Source of the DNA: Myxococcota bacterium | GTDB lineage: Bacteria; Myxococcota_A; UBA9160; JAFDDA01 | Length of the DNA: 64,000 bases | Assembly (NCBI GenBank): GCA_965228475.1 | Contig: OZ245817.1 | Span: forward strand, 704,001 to 768,000 | Direction of reading: 5' to 3' | In this document: positions 1 to 10,262 of the stretch, in pieces | Layout: every line of letters begins with the position of its first letter | Position numbering within the stretch: the first letter of the stretch is position 1 | Notes under the pieces: model-generated | Database searches by the model: none | What the model saw: only the letters and a program-made list of their open reading frames with translations | Told to the model about the DNA's origin: nothing | Translations under genes and position numbers: made by a program

Positions 1-1
1 C

Positions 2-243
2 GGCCACGGCGGCCACAACGGCCTTCGCGACGTCATCGCGGCCTTCGACGCCCGCGTCTTCCCCCGGCTCCGGTTCGGCATCGGGCGCCCGGACCCAGGC
101 GTGAGCGTCCTCGACCACGTCCTCACGCTCTTCCCCGCCGCGGACCTGCCCGCGATCGAAGCCAGCGTCGACCGCGCGTCCGAGGCCGTGACCGTCTTCC
201 TCGCCGAAGGCATGGACGCGGCGATGAACCGCTTCAACGCAAA
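2..243 (+). CDS. pth: Peptidyl-tRNA hydrolase, C-terminal part (5' truncated by window; no stop before nhaA)
   Basis: Frame 2 from base 2 reads GHGGHNGLRDVI...FPRLRFGIGRP...VLDHVL..F...GMDAAMNRFN, the Pth C-terminal signature. Confidence 0.9.
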
Positions 244-346
244 CCCGGAGCCGGCGGTGAAGGGTTCCCCCGGCGCCGGCGCGGGCCGGGCCTCCGAGGA
301 AGAACCCGCTATAAAGTCGGCTACTTCGGCAGACGATTCAGCCACC

Positions 347-1819
347 ATGGCGAGTCCGATCCGCGAACCCTCGAACCCGGAAGAACACTCCGGGCCCGAT
401 GACCGGGAAGCAACCAACGTCTACGATGCTGGCAACGTCCACGATGCTGGGGATGGGACACCCGGAATGAGCCTCGCCGCGCCGGGCGCTGCGCAGCCGA
501 AGCTGGCCGAGCGCATCGCGCGGCCCTTCGTCCAATTCATGCAGCTCGAGACCGGCAGCGCCGTCCTGCTGCTGGTGATGTCGGGCGTCGCGCTCGCCTG
601 GGCCAACTCGCCCTGGGCCGAGAGCTACGAACACCTGCTCCACGAGCCCGTGGCGTTCTCCTTCGGGACGCATGCGCTCTCGCTCTCCGTCCACCATTGG
701 ATCAACGACGGACTGATGGCGATCTTCTTCTTCCTGGTCGGGATGGAGATCAAGCGCGAGATGGTCATGGGCGACCTCTCGACGCCGACGCGCGCCATGA
801 TGCCGGTTCTCGCCGCGCTCGGCGGGATGGTCGTCCCGGCGGGCGTCTACGCGTTCCTGCTCTGGGGAGACCCGGCCGTCAAGGGCTGGGGGATCCCGAT
901 GGCGACGGACATCGCCTTCGCGGTCGCCGCGATGTCGGTGCTCGGCAAGCGCGTACCCCCCTCGCTGAAGGTCTTCCTGCTCGCCCTCGCCATCGCCGAC
1001 GACCTCGGCGCCGTCATGGTGATCGCCGTCTTCTACACGGACACCATCCACGTGGGCGCGCTCGCTTGGGCGTTCGGCTTCCTCGCCATGATCTTCGGCA
1101 TGAACCGGGCCGGCGTCCGCGCGTTCCTCCCCTACTGGGTGGTCGGCGCGGTCGTCTGGTTCTTCATGCACGAGTCCGGCGTCCACGCCACGATCGCCGG
1201 CGTGGCGCTCGGCCTGCTCACGCCGGCCCACCCGGACCCGCACCGGCAGAACAGCCTCGTCGAGCGCGGGCGGGATGCCCTCGATCACCTGCGGGAGTGG
1301 GTCACGCGCGACCACGAAGACCACGGCGGGCACAAGCGTCACCACGCCGTGCTGACGCTCCAGGACGCCTCGCGCGATTCCCTCTCGCCCCTCGACTACC
1401 TGACGAACCGCCTCGAACGCCCGGTCCTCTTCGTGGTGATGCCGCTGTTCGCGCTCGCGAACGCCGGCGTCGCCCTCGAGACGGAGACGCTCGGGAACCC
1501 GGTCTCGCGCCAGGTCGCCGTGGCCGTGATCGCCGGCCTCGTGCTCGGCAAGCCGATCGGGATCACCGTCTTCAGCTGGATCGCGGTGCGGCTCAAGCTC
1601 GCGGAGATGCCGCGCGGCGTGAACTTCGCCGCCATCTTCGCCACCGGCATGCTCGCCGGCATCGGCTTCACGGTGGCCCTCTTCATCGCCGCGCTGTCCT
1701 TCGACGATGCCGCCATCACGGCCGGCGCGAAGGTGGGCATCCTGATCGGTTCGGTGCTCGCGTGCGTGATCGGCCTGGCCGTGTTGGCGCGCGCGCTGCC
1801 CGCCGAGCCCCAGAGCTAG
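347..1819 (+). CDS. nhaA: Na+/H+ antiporter NhaA (start uncertain: ATG 347 or 467, or fused to Pth)
   Basis: Motifs HWINDGLMAIFF, GMEIKRE, GWGIPMATDIAF, LAIADDLG, SGVHAT, LGKPIG, GIGFT; many TM segments. Confidence 0.93.
   Translation: MASPIREPSNPEEHSGPDDREATNVYDAGNVHDAGDGTPGMSLAAPGAAQPKLAERIARPFVQFMQLETGSAVLLLVMSGVALAWANSPWAESYEHLLHEPVAFSFGTHALSLSVHHWINDGLMAIFFFLVGMEIKREMVMGDLSTPTRAMMPVLAALGGMVVPAGVYAFLLWGDPAVKGWGIPMATDIAFAVAAMSVLGKRVPPSLKVFLLALAIADDLGAVMVIAVFYTDTIHVGALAWAFGFLAMIFGMNRAGVRAFLPYWVVGAVVWFFMHESGVHATIAGVALGLLTPAHPDPHRQNSLVERGRDALDHLREWVTRDHEDHGGHKRHHAVLTLQDASRDSLSPLDYLTNRLERPVLFVVMPLFALANAGVALETETLGNPVSRQVAVAVIAGLVLGKPIGITVFSWIAVRLKLAEMPRGVNFAAIFATGMLAGIGFTVALFIAALSFDDAAITAGAKVGILIGSVLACVIGLAVLARALPAEPQS
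415..450 (+). repeat. 18-bp tandem duplication (NVYDAG/NVHDAG) in the Pth-NhaA linker
   Basis: caacgtctacgatgctgg followed by caacgtccacgatgctgg (1 mismatch). Confidence 0.85.
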
Positions 1820-1844
1820 CGGCCGCAGCCGCGCCCCAGCTCTG

Positions 1845-1891
1845 TTGACCGCCGCTGCGCGCTAGAGCGATTGACCGCCGCTGCGCGCTAG
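1845..1891. repeat. Perfect 21-bp direct repeat (period 26) between convergent genes
   Basis: ttgaccgccgctgcgcgctag at 1845-1865 and 1871-1891. Confidence 0.9.
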
Positions 1892-2508
1892 CGCCGCCAG
1901 CGGACGTAGCCCCGCATCCCCGCGATCAGCACGACCGTCCCGAAGCCCGCCCAGTGGGTTCCGGCTTCGGCGACGCGTCCGCCGTAGGAGACCAGGTAGA
2001 TCGCCCAGATGTACCAGCCTCCCAGCAGGTGGAGCCGCTTCCAGTTGCGCCCGAGGGCGCGAACGGCCGCGTCGTTCGAGGTGGCCGTCATCGCGGCGGC
2101 GAGCACGAAGCCGAAGCCGCCGAGCAGGTTCGAGACGTCCGGGTCGAGGGTGCGTTCCGTTCCGGCCATGACGGCAACGACGGCCGCCATGTGGATCATC
2201 TGCGAGACGCCGTAGGCAATGCCGACCGCGCGGCGGTTGCGCAGCAGCGTCCGGCTCACCGGGCTCCGCCAGAGCGCGTACAGGGACGAGGCGGCGAAGG
2301 CCAGGGCGAAGGGCACGAAGGCGATGCGTGCCGTGAAGCGCGCCGCCCGGTTCAGGCCGAGCTCCCCCGAGCCGAAGGCCAGCAGGGCGTAGGCCACGGC
2401 CAGGACCGAGACGGTGCCCGCGAGCACCGGCGCCCAGGGCAGCCAGGCGATCCGGTTCGCCCCTTTCGTCGAGGCCAGGCGGGCGGAGGCGTCTTGCTGG
2501 GTGGTCAT
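1888..2508 (-). CDS. Ferric reductase-like / MsrQ-like transmembrane protein
   Basis: Hydrophobic 206-aa protein with [12 protein letters not shown]...IH and [18 protein letters not shown] motifs; ATG 2508 with GGAG upstream. Confidence 0.75.
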   Translation of the reverse strand: MTTQQDASARLASTKGANRIAWLPWAPVLAGTVSVLAVAYALLAFGSGELGLNRAARFTARIAFVPFALAFAASSLYALWRSPVSRTLLRNRRAVGIAYGVSQMIHMAAVVAVMAGTERTLDPDVSNLLGGFGFVLAAAMTATSNDAAVRALGRNWKRLHLLGGWYIWAIYLVSYGGRVAEAGTHWAGFGTVVLIAGMRGYVRWRR

Positions 2509-2661
2509 GGAGAACTCCCGGGCGCCTGGCGACCCTACCGCTCCCGGGCCGATTTCGGCAAATCCCGACAAAATGTCCGGTCAAAAGGGGGTCAATAGGC
2601 CAGGATCTGCACGAATTGTGCGGATTGAAGCCTCTTTGTCCCCGGATTATCCTGCCCGCTC

Positions 2662-4161
2662 ATGGAGTTCTCGATCGAGCGCAGATCCGTTTCCGGGCTG
2701 CCGGTCTACCGGCAGATCGCCGACCAGATCCGCAGGGCCGTCGTCGCCGGCGCGCTCGTGCGCGGCGACCGCCTGCCGACGATCCGGGCCCTCGCGGAAG
2801 AGCTCGGGGTGAACCGCGACACGGTCTCCCTCGCCTACGACACCCTCGCCCAGAACGGCGTGATCGAGTCCACCGTCGGGCGCGGGACCTTCGTCGCCGA
2901 TCCGCCGGCCGTCGAATCCGAGCTGCCCGAGCCGCTCGGCGCGCCGCCGCCGCTCTCGCCGCTCGTCGACCGCCTGCTCGAGTTCGGCCGCACGCGGCCG
3001 AGCTACGCCTCCGGCGGCGGTGCGGTGCCGATGCATTCCCTGATCCCCGACCCGACGCTGTATCCCGTCGACGCCTTCCGCCGCTCGATGAACCGCGCGC
3101 TCGCCGAGGGCGGCTCGGACCTGCTCGTCTACGGCGGGCCGGACGGTCACGAGGGGCTGCGCGGCGTCATCGCCGAGCGCCTTCGCACCGAGGGCATCGA
3201 GGCCGCGAACGACGAGAACGTGATCCTGACCCAGGGCGCGAGCCAGGGCATCTCGCTCGCGCTGCGGCTGTTCGCCGCGCCCGGCGATTGGGTCGCCGTC
3301 GAAGAGCCGACGTATCACAACCTGCTCGCGGTGCTCGTCGGGCTGGGGCTCCGGCCGACGCCCGTTCCCATGACGCCCGAGGGGCCGGACCTCGAAGTGC
3401 TCTCGCGCGTGCTCGCCCGGCCCGAGGTGAAGGCCTTCTACACGATGCCGAGCTTCCACAACCCGATGGGGACGACGACGAGCCTCGCCCACCGCCGGCG
3501 CCTGCTCGACGTCGCGGCCCGGCGCGGCAAGCCCGTCGTGGAAGACGCCTTCGAGATGGACCTGCGCTTCGCCGGCCGCCCGGTGCCGCCGCTCGCCGCC
3601 CTCGACGACCACGGCCTCGTCGTGCACCTCTTCTCCTTCTCGAAGTCGCTCTTCCCGGGCGTGCGCGTCGGCTCCGTGATGGCGCGCGGCCGCGCCCTCG
3701 AGGGCCTGCGGGCCCTCAAGCGAACGATCGACCTCTCGGGCGCGCCGGTGCTCCAGGCCGCGGTGGCGGACTTCGTCGCCAGCGGCGCCTACGACCGGCA
3801 CCTCGGCCGTCTGCGGAAGACCCTGCTCGAGCGCTGCGATGCCCTGCTCGAAGCCCTGGCCGACGAGATGCCCGAGGGCACGCGCTTCACGCGCCCCGAG
3901 GGCGGCTACCAGGTCTGGGTCGAGCTGCCCGGCGGCATCGACTCCGGCGAGCTGCTCGAAGACGCCCGCCGCGCCGGCGTGCTCTTCGCGCCGGGCTCGC
4001 TCTTCCACCACGACGGGCGCGTCTCGTCCGGCCTGCGGCTGACCTTCGCCCTGGCCGACGTGGACGAGATCCGCCGGGGCGTCGCGGCCCTGGCCGAGGT
4101 CACGCGCCAACACCTCGAGGCGGGGCCGCGTCGGCCCCGCGACCACGGAATCTACGTCTAG
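2662..4161 (+). CDS. pdxR: MocR/GabR-family (GntR wHTH + PLP aminotransferase-like) regulator, PdxR-like
   Basis: [29 protein letters not shown] w[19 protein letters not shown]-lysine motif; directly upstream of pdxST. Confidence 0.85.
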   Translation: MEFSIERRSVSGLPVYRQIADQIRRAVVAGALVRGDRLPTIRALAEELGVNRDTVSLAYDTLAQNGVIESTVGRGTFVADPPAVESELPEPLGAPPPLSPLVDRLLEFGRTRPSYASGGGAVPMHSLIPDPTLYPVDAFRRSMNRALAEGGSDLLVYGGPDGHEGLRGVIAERLRTEGIEAANDENVILTQGASQGISLALRLFAAPGDWVAVEEPTYHNLLAVLVGLGLRPTPVPMTPEGPDLEVLSRVLARPEVKAFYTMPSFHNPMGTTTSLAHRRRLLDVAARRGKPVVEDAFEMDLRFAGRPVPPLAALDDHGLVVHLFSFSKSLFPGVRVGSVMARGRALEGLRALKRTIDLSGAPVLQAAVADFVASGAYDRHLGRLRKTLLERCDALLEALADEMPEGTRFTRPEGGYQVWVELPGGIDSGELLEDARRAGVLFAPGSLFHHDGRVSSGLRLTFALADVDEIRRGVAALAEVTRQHLEAGPRRPRDHGIYV

Positions 4162-4196
4162 GGGCGGATCGACGCCCGGGAACAGGAGGGACGACG

Positions 4197-5111
4197 ATGT
4201 CCACGAACACGAGCAACGGAAACGGAAAGAGCGACGCGCGCTCCTTCGAGATCAAGGTCGGCCTGGCCGAGATGATGAAGGGCGGCGTCATCATGGACGT
4301 GACGAACCCCGAGCAGGCGAAGATCGCCGAAGACTCGGGCGCCGCGGCCGTGATGGCCCTCGAGCGGGTGCCCTCGGACATCCGCAAGGACGGCGGCGTC
4401 GCGCGCATGTGCTCGATCGAGGTGATCGAGGGCATCCAGAAGCAGGTCTCGATCCCGGTAATGGCCAAGGTGCGGATCGGACACTTCATGGAGGCGAAGA
4501 TCCTCGAGCAGCTCGGCGTCGACTTCATCGACGAGAGCGAGGTGCTGACGCCCGCGGACGAAGAGCACCACGTCGACAAGGCGGGCTTCCGCTCGCCCTT
4601 CGTGTGCGGTGCGCGCAACCTCGGCGAGGCGCTGCGGCGCATCGGCGAAGGCGCGGCCATGATCCGCACCAAGGGGGAGGCGGGCAGCGGCAACATCGTG
4701 GAAGCCGTGCGCCACCTGCGGACGGTGATGGGCGACATCCGCGCGCTCACGGTGCTGCCGCCGGAGGAGATCCCGGCCCGTGCCAAGGAGCTGCAGGCCC
4801 CGGTGGACCTCGTCCGCTACGTCGCCGAGAACGGGAAGCTCCCGGTGCCGAACTTCGCCGCCGGCGGCGTCGCCACGCCGGCCGACGCCGCGCTCTGCCG
4901 CGCCCTCGGCGCCGAGGCGGTGTTCGTCGGCTCGGGCATCTTCAAGGCGTCGGATCCGGAGAAGCGCGCGCGCGCCGTCGTCCAGGCCTGCACGCACTGG
5001 GACGACCCGGAGCAGCTGCTCGGCTCCTGCCGCGGCCTCGGCGAGGCCATGGTCGGCATCGAGATGGAGACGCTCAGCGAGAGCGAGCGCCTCGCCAACC
5101 GCGGCTGGTAG
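4197..5111 (+). CDS. pdxS: Pyridoxal 5'-phosphate synthase lyase subunit
   Basis: [64 protein letters not shown] before ATG 4197. Confidence 0.97.
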   Translation: MSTNTSNGNGKSDARSFEIKVGLAEMMKGGVIMDVTNPEQAKIAEDSGAAAVMALERVPSDIRKDGGVARMCSIEVIEGIQKQVSIPVMAKVRIGHFMEAKILEQLGVDFIDESEVLTPADEEHHVDKAGFRSPFVCGARNLGEALRRIGEGAAMIRTKGEAGSGNIVEAVRHLRTVMGDIRALTVLPPEEIPARAKELQAPVDLVRYVAENGKLPVPNFAAGGVATPADAALCRALGAEAVFVGSGIFKASDPEKRARAVVQACTHWDDPEQLLGSCRGLGEAMVGIEMETLSESERLANRGW

Positions 5112-5133
5112 CGGACCCGGGCAGGGCGCTGCG

Positions 5134-5703
5134 ATGAAAGTCGGCATCCTCGCCATCCAGGGCGACGTGGAGGCCCACGCGCGTGCGCTCGCGCGCGTGG
5201 GTGCCACGGCCGTTCCCGTGCTCGCCGAGAAGGACCTCGACGGCCTGCACGGGCTCATCCTGCCCGGCGGCGAGAGCACGACCATCTCGAAGGGGCTCGA
5301 GCGCCTCGATCTCTACGAGACCCTGCGCTTCTTCGTGCACTCGGGCCTGCCCGTGCTCGGCACCTGCGCGGGGGCGATCCTGCTGGCGCGCGAGGTCGAG
5401 AACCACCCGGTCGAGACGCTCCACGGCATCGACGCCGTGGCCGTGCGCAACGCCTACGGCACCCAGGTCGACTCCTTCGCCGCGGAGGTGGACGAGGGGG
5501 CCGCGCGCGGGCTCGAGGGGCTTCGCTGCGTCTTCATCCGCGCGCCGCGGCTGCGCGAGATCGGCGACGGCGTCGAGATCCTCGCGCGGGTCGACGGCGA
5601 GCCCGTCCTGATCCGCCACGGCAACGTCCTGGCCGCGACCTTCCACCCCGAGCTGACCGACGACCCGCGCGTCCATCGGCTGCTGGTGGAATCGGCCGGC
5701 TAG
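5134..5703 (+). CDS. pdxT: PLP synthase glutaminase subunit
   Basis: GILAIQG, LPGGEST, GTCAGAIL, RNAYGTQ, FIRAP, FHPELT. Confidence 0.96.
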   Translation: MKVGILAIQGDVEAHARALARVGATAVPVLAEKDLDGLHGLILPGGESTTISKGLERLDLYETLRFFVHSGLPVLGTCAGAILLAREVENHPVETLHGIDAVAVRNAYGTQVDSFAAEVDEGAARGLEGLRCVFIRAPRLREIGDGVEILARVDGEPVLIRHGNVLAATFHPELTDDPRVHRLLVESAG

Positions 5704-7409
5704 CTCCCGGCCAGCCAGGCGGTTCGGCGGCGGGTCCCCACACGAGCAAGCAGGGCGATGGCCATCCCGGCGCCCCCGCCTCCGCAGCCCGCGGGCTTCT
5801 CGCCGAGCGTCCAGGTCGCGTTCGTCGGGAGCGCGTGCCAGCCGATCACGCGGCCGGTCGCCGGCCAGGTCACCCGCACGCGGTCGACCCGTTCGATGCC
5901 CGGGCCGAGGCCGAAGTGGAGCTCGGGTTCGCTCTGGCCGAGAAAGTGGCTCGCGGCGCCGACTTCGCGGACCTGCGGCGGCCCGTCGTAGCGCGGCCAG
6001 ACCTCGACCCGGGCGCCGAGGGCCTCGCGGCTGCTGCCGTCGCCCTCGATGCGGAGCCGCAGCCAGCGCGCGTCGCCCGCGAGATCGTTGCGGTAGAGGC
6101 GCGGCGCGCCGGCGTTGTTCACGACGAAGAGGTCGAGATCGCCGTCGCCGTCGTAGTCGAAGGTGAGGAGCCCCTTGCCCGACGCCGTGTCCGTGAGCCC
6201 CGCCGCCGCCGAGACCTCGGTCATCGCGCCGCTGCCGTCGTTCTCCCAGAGCCGCATCGGGTCGGCGTTGAAGGCGTCTTCGATTCCCGTGTGCGCGACG
6301 TCCATGCCGTTGGTCATGACGAGGTCGAGATCCCCGTCGTTGTCCATGTCGAAGAAGACGGTGCCCCAGCCCCAGCGGCCGTCGCGGACGCCGGCGTCGT
6401 CCGTGGCGTCGCGGAAGACGCGGCCGCCCTCGTTCTCGTACAGCCGGTTTCCGGTGTAGCCCCAGATGCAGTTGCCGCCGTCGCAGGAGGCGTCGGGGTC
6501 GAAGATGCTCGTCACGAACCAATCGAGGTCGCCGTCGCCGTCGTAGTCGCCGAAGGCCGAGCCCATGCCGTTCTCGTCGGTGCCGACGCCCGCGGCAACG
6601 GTGCCGTCCGTGAAGGTGCCGCCCTCGTTCCAGAAGAGCCGGCTCGTTCCGAAATCGCCGGCCACGGCGAGCTCCTGCCAGCCGTCCCCGTCGAGATCCA
6701 CGAAGGTCGAGGCGAACCCGTTCACGCCGGCGAAGGAGAGCCCCACCGCTTCGGTCACGTCCTCGAAGTGGCCGGGCGCCGCGGCGCCGCGGTTGCGCAG
6801 CAGGCGGGAGTGGGCGCTCGCGAGCCACTCGGTCACGTGGAAGTCGACGAAGCCGTCGCGGTCGAAGTCGCCGAACGCGACCGACCAGGTGAGCCGCGGG
6901 TCGGTCGAGGCGAGGGCCGCGCCGCGGGCCACCGCCTCCTCCGTGAAGACCCCGCTCCCGTCGTTCACGAACAGGTAGTTGCGGTTCGACGGCCCGCTGC
7001 CGTTCCCCACCACGGTGACCAGGAGGTCCGGGTCGCCGTCGTTGTCGATGTCCGCGAAGGCCGCGCCGTTCGAGTGGAGGTCGAAGCCCGCGAGCCCCGC
7101 GGCGGCGGTGGCGTCCGTGAAGCCCCCCGCGCAGTCGTTGCGGAAGAGCAGGTCCGGGGCGTCGAGCCGGGTGGCGAAGAGGTCCGGGCAGCCGTCGCCG
7201 TCCACGTCCGCCACGGCCGCGCCGCCGGTCATGCGGTCGACGTCGCAGGCCAGGCTGCCGACGATGCAATCCGGCGGCTCCGGGGGAGCGTGCTGGAGGT
7301 AGGCGAGGCCGGCCTCGGCCGTCACGTCCGTGAAGGTCGTGCCGGCGTGGGCCGGAAGGGCCAGGAGGGCCATCGCCGGGAGCCAGGGCAGCAGGGCCGA
7401 GCGCAGCAT
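5700..7409 (-). CDS. Secreted CRTAC1-family protein (FG-GAP/VCBS repeats + ASPIC/UnbV domain)
   Basis: Signal peptide; repeated DxDxDGxxDL motifs; C-terminal GARVEV...SHFLGQSEPELHFGLG (UnbV_ASPIC). Confidence 0.88.
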   Translation of the reverse strand: MLRSALLPWLPAMALLALPAHAGTTFTDVTAEAGLAYLQHAPPEPPDCIVGSLACDVDRMTGGAAVADVDGDGCPDLFATRLDAPDLLFRNDCAGGFTDATAAAGLAGFDLHSNGAAFADIDNDGDPDLLVTVVGNGSGPSNRNYLFVNDGSGVFTEEAVARGAALASTDPRLTWSVAFGDFDRDGFVDFHVTEWLASAHSRLLRNRGAAAPGHFEDVTEAVGLSFAGVNGFASTFVDLDGDGWQELAVAGDFGTSRLFWNEGGTFTDGTVAAGVGTDENGMGSAFGDYDGDGDLDWFVTSIFDPDASCDGGNCIWGYTGNRLYENEGGRVFRDATDDAGVRDGRWGWGTVFFDMDNDGDLDLVMTNGMDVAHTGIEDAFNADPMRLWENDGSGAMTEVSAAAGLTDTASGKGLLTFDYDGDGDLDLFVVNNAGAPRLYRNDLAGDARWLRLRIEGDGSSREALGARVEVWPRYDGPPQVREVGAASHFLGQSEPELHFGLGPGIERVDRVRVTWPATGRVIGWHALPTNATWTLGEKPAGCGGGGAGMAIALLARVGTRRRTAWLAGS

Positions 7410-7609
7410 CCGCCCAGTCTACCCCGGGGCACCCCGGTCCCCGCGGGTGAAAAGCGGCAATCGTCCAGGAATCCGAGGGTTTGCACCCGGCAGGCGGCGC
7501 CGCCCGGGCGGCCGTGCTACCCGTACGGCCCTTCGCGGGCCCGAGGCCCGTCCACCTTCGGTCCCGATTTCGGGGCCCGGGCCCAGGGCCCGTCCACGGG
7601 GGACACGAC

Positions 7610-8206
7610 GTGCGCGAGTACGAAACCACCTTCATCGTCCAGCCCGAGATCACCGACGACGTGCGCGAGGCCTTCCTCGCCAAGCTCGACGGCCTGCTCG
7701 AGAGCGGCGGCGCCCTGCGCCTGATGCTCGACGATTGGGGGAAGCGCAAGCTTTCCTACGAGATCAACAACTTCCAGAAGGGTCACTACTACTCGCTCAA
7801 GTACCTCGACGAGGGCGGCGTGGTGATCGACCTCGAGCGCACGCTGAAGCTCGAGGAGTCCATCCTCCGCTATCTGACGGTGCGCGTGGCCGACGAGGTC
7901 GCCGACATCGAAGCCCGCCGCGCCGACGCCGCGGAGGAAGAGAAGAAGCTGCGCGAGCGCCTCGAAGCCGAGCGCGCCGCGCGGGAAGAAGAAGAGAAGG
8001 CCCGCCGCGAGGCCGAGGCCCGCGCCGCCGCCGAGGCCGCGGAAGCCGCTGCGGCCGCCGCCGCCGCGAGCGAAGCCGCGGAAGGGGCCGAAGGCGCGGG
8101 CGAGGGCGAAGCCGGCGAAGCGGCGCCCGCCGCCGACGTGGATGAAGCCGCCGAGGCGCCCGAAACGGTGGCCGAAACGGCGGCCGAAGAAGGCGAGGAG
8201 CGCTGA
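7610..8206 (+). CDS. rpsF: 30S ribosomal protein S6 with long Ala/Glu-rich C-terminal tail
   Basis: (V/M)REYETTFIVQP...DDWGKRKLSYEI...GHYY...ILRYL; GTG start at 7610. Confidence 0.95.
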   Translation: MREYETTFIVQPEITDDVREAFLAKLDGLLESGGALRLMLDDWGKRKLSYEINNFQKGHYYSLKYLDEGGVVIDLERTLKLEESILRYLTVRVADEVADIEARRADAAEEEKKLRERLEAERAAREEEEKARREAEARAAAEAAEAAAAAAAASEAAEGAEGAGEGEAGEAAPAADVDEAAEAPETVAETAAEEGEER

Positions 8207-8209
8207 GCG

Positions 8210-8665
8210 ATGGCCCAGATCGAACTCATCCTGAACGAGGACGTCGACAACCTCGGTGATGCGGGCGATCTCGTCCGTGTGAAGCCGGGCTTCGCGCGCA
8301 ACTACCTGCTGCCCCAGGGCAAGGCCATCATCGCCACCAAGGCGAAGATCGCCGAGGTCGAGCACCACAAGCGGATCATCGCCGAGCGCGTCGCCAAGGA
8401 GATGAAGAATCTCGAGGCGACGAAGAAGGCGATCGAGAAACTCGAGCTCTCCGTCGAAATGCAGGCGGGGGAAGAGGGCAAGCTCTTCGGCTCGGTCACC
8501 TCGGCGGCGATCGCCGAGCTGCTGGCCGAGAAGGGCTTCGAGGTGGATCGCCGCAAGATCCAGCTGAAGGACCCGATCAAGGAACTCGGCGAGCACGAAG
8601 TGCCGCTGAAGCTGCGCGGCGAGCTCGTCGCCAACATCAAGCTCAGCGTCACCGCCTCCGAGTAA
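8210..8665 (+). CDS. rplI: 50S ribosomal protein L9
   Basis: LGDAGDLVRVKPGFARNYLLPQG and GKLFGSVT motifs. Confidence 0.97.
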   Translation: MAQIELILNEDVDNLGDAGDLVRVKPGFARNYLLPQGKAIIATKAKIAEVEHHKRIIAERVAKEMKNLEATKKAIEKLELSVEMQAGEEGKLFGSVTSAAIAELLAEKGFEVDRRKIQLKDPIKELGEHEVPLKLRGELVANIKLSVTASE

Positions 8666-8759
8666 CGCCGTTCGAGCGCATTCGTGCCCTCGGTTGCCGC
8701 CTCTGCGCCACCCCAGCGCCATCGGGTTGAGATAGAATCGGCCTCGAGAGGGGTGAGCG

Positions 8760-10262
8760 TTGGCGGAATCCTTTCCGACACCGCCGAGCGACCGCCGTGA
8801 ACGCGCAGGGCGCGGAGCGCGCGGGAGCGAAACGGCCGCGGCCCGGGTGCCGCCGAACGACGTCGCTGCGGAGAAGGCCGTGTTGTCGAGCGTGTTGCTC
8901 GACAACACCGCGCTGAACGCCGTCTATCCCGAGCTGAAGCCCGAGGACTTCTACCACCCGGCGCATCAGCGGCTCTTCACCGCGATGATCGCGCTGTTCG
9001 ATTCGAGCCAGCCCATCGACGTGCTGACGCTTGCGGACTACCTGACCGGGGAGAAGCTGCTCGAGGCGATCGGCGGCGCTTCCTTCCTGGCCGAGATCGC
9101 CGAGTACGAGGCGACCGCGGCCAACGTCGAGCACCACGCGAAGCTCGTGCGCTCGAAGGCGCTGCGGCGCCGGCTGATCGAGACCGCGACGGACATCGTG
9201 CGCACGGGCTACGACTGGACGGGGGGTGGCGAAGAGCTCCTCGAACAGGCCGAGTCGCGCATCTTCGAGCTCTCGCAGAAGCAGTCGTCGTCGAGCTTCC
9301 GCAGCATGCACGACGAGCTGCCCGACACCTTCAACTACGTCGACGAGATCATGCATCGCGCCGGCCAGCTCACGGGCTGCCCGACCGGCTACCACGACCT
9401 CGACGAGATGACGGGCGGTCTGCAGCCCGGCGAGCTGATCATCCTCGCGGCGCGCCCTTCGATGGGGAAGACGGCGCTCGCGCTGAACCTGATGCAGAAC
9501 GCCTCGCTCGAGCACGGCAAGAAGTCGGCGATCTTCTCGCTCGAAATGACCCGCCGCTCCCTCGTGCTGCGCATGCTCGCGAGCGAGGCGCGGATCGACA
9601 TGTCGACGCTCCGGCGGGGCTACCTCGCGCCGGTCGACTACCAGAAGCTCACCACCGCCGCCGGGCGGCTCTCCCACACGGACGTGTGGATCGACGACAG
9701 CGGCACCGTCACCATCCTCGAGATCAAGGCCAAGGCGCGGCGGCTCGCAGCGCAGCAGGGCCTCGACCTGCTCGTGATCGACTATCTCCAGCTCGCCCAC
9801 GGCGACAAGGACGCCGCCTCGCGCAAGGACCTCGAGATCGCGCAGATCAGCCAGGGGCTGAAGGCGCTCGCGAAGGAGCTCGACATCCCGGTGATCGCGC
9901 TCTCGCAGCTGAACCGCGGCCCGGAACAGCGCGACCCGGACAAGCGCCGGCCGAACATGGGCGACCTGCGCGAGTCCGGTGCCATCGAGCAGGACGCCGA
10001 CGTGATCGGCTTCATCTACCGCGACGTCGTCTACAACAAGGACACGGAGGATCCGAACCGGGCCGAGCTGATCATCGCGAAGCAGCGAAACGGCCCGACC
10101 GGCACCGTCGACCTCCACTTCGACGGGCGCTTCGCGCGCTTCTCGAGCCGGGTCCGCCAGGAGGTGGGCGACGACCTGCCCCCGCCCGCGCCGCCGCCAG
10201 GCTACGACGGCCCGGCCGGCGGGGATCTGCCGCCCGCTCCCGAAGACGATCTGGATTTCTAG
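8760..10262 (+). CDS. dnaB: Replicative DNA helicase
   Basis: AARPSMGKT Walker [42 protein letters not shown] start. Confidence 0.97.
   Translation: MAESFPTPPSDRRERAGRGARGSETAAARVPPNDVAAEKAVLSSVLLDNTALNAVYPELKPEDFYHPAHQRLFTAMIALFDSSQPIDVLTLADYLTGEKLLEAIGGASFLAEIAEYEATAANVEHHAKLVRSKALRRRLIETATDIVRTGYDWTGGGEELLEQAESRIFELSQKQSSSSFRSMHDELPDTFNYVDEIMHRAGQLTGCPTGYHDLDEMTGGLQPGELIILAARPSMGKTALALNLMQNASLEHGKKSAIFSLEMTRRSLVLRMLASEARIDMSTLRRGYLAPVDYQKLTTAAGRLSHTDVWIDDSGTVTILEIKAKARRLAAQQGLDLLVIDYLQLAHGDKDAASRKDLEIAQISQGLKALAKELDIPVIALSQLNRGPEQRDPDKRRPNMGDLRESGAIEQDADVIGFIYRDVVYNKDTEDPNRAELIIAKQRNGPTGTVDLHFDGRFARFSSRVRQEVGDDLPPPAPPPGYDGPAGGDLPPAPEDDLDF

Noticed and set aside
2616..5111. 831-aa ORF suggesting an N-terminally extended PdxS
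   Set aside because: The upstream part overlaps pdxR in another frame, and pdxS has its own SD and ATG at 4197.
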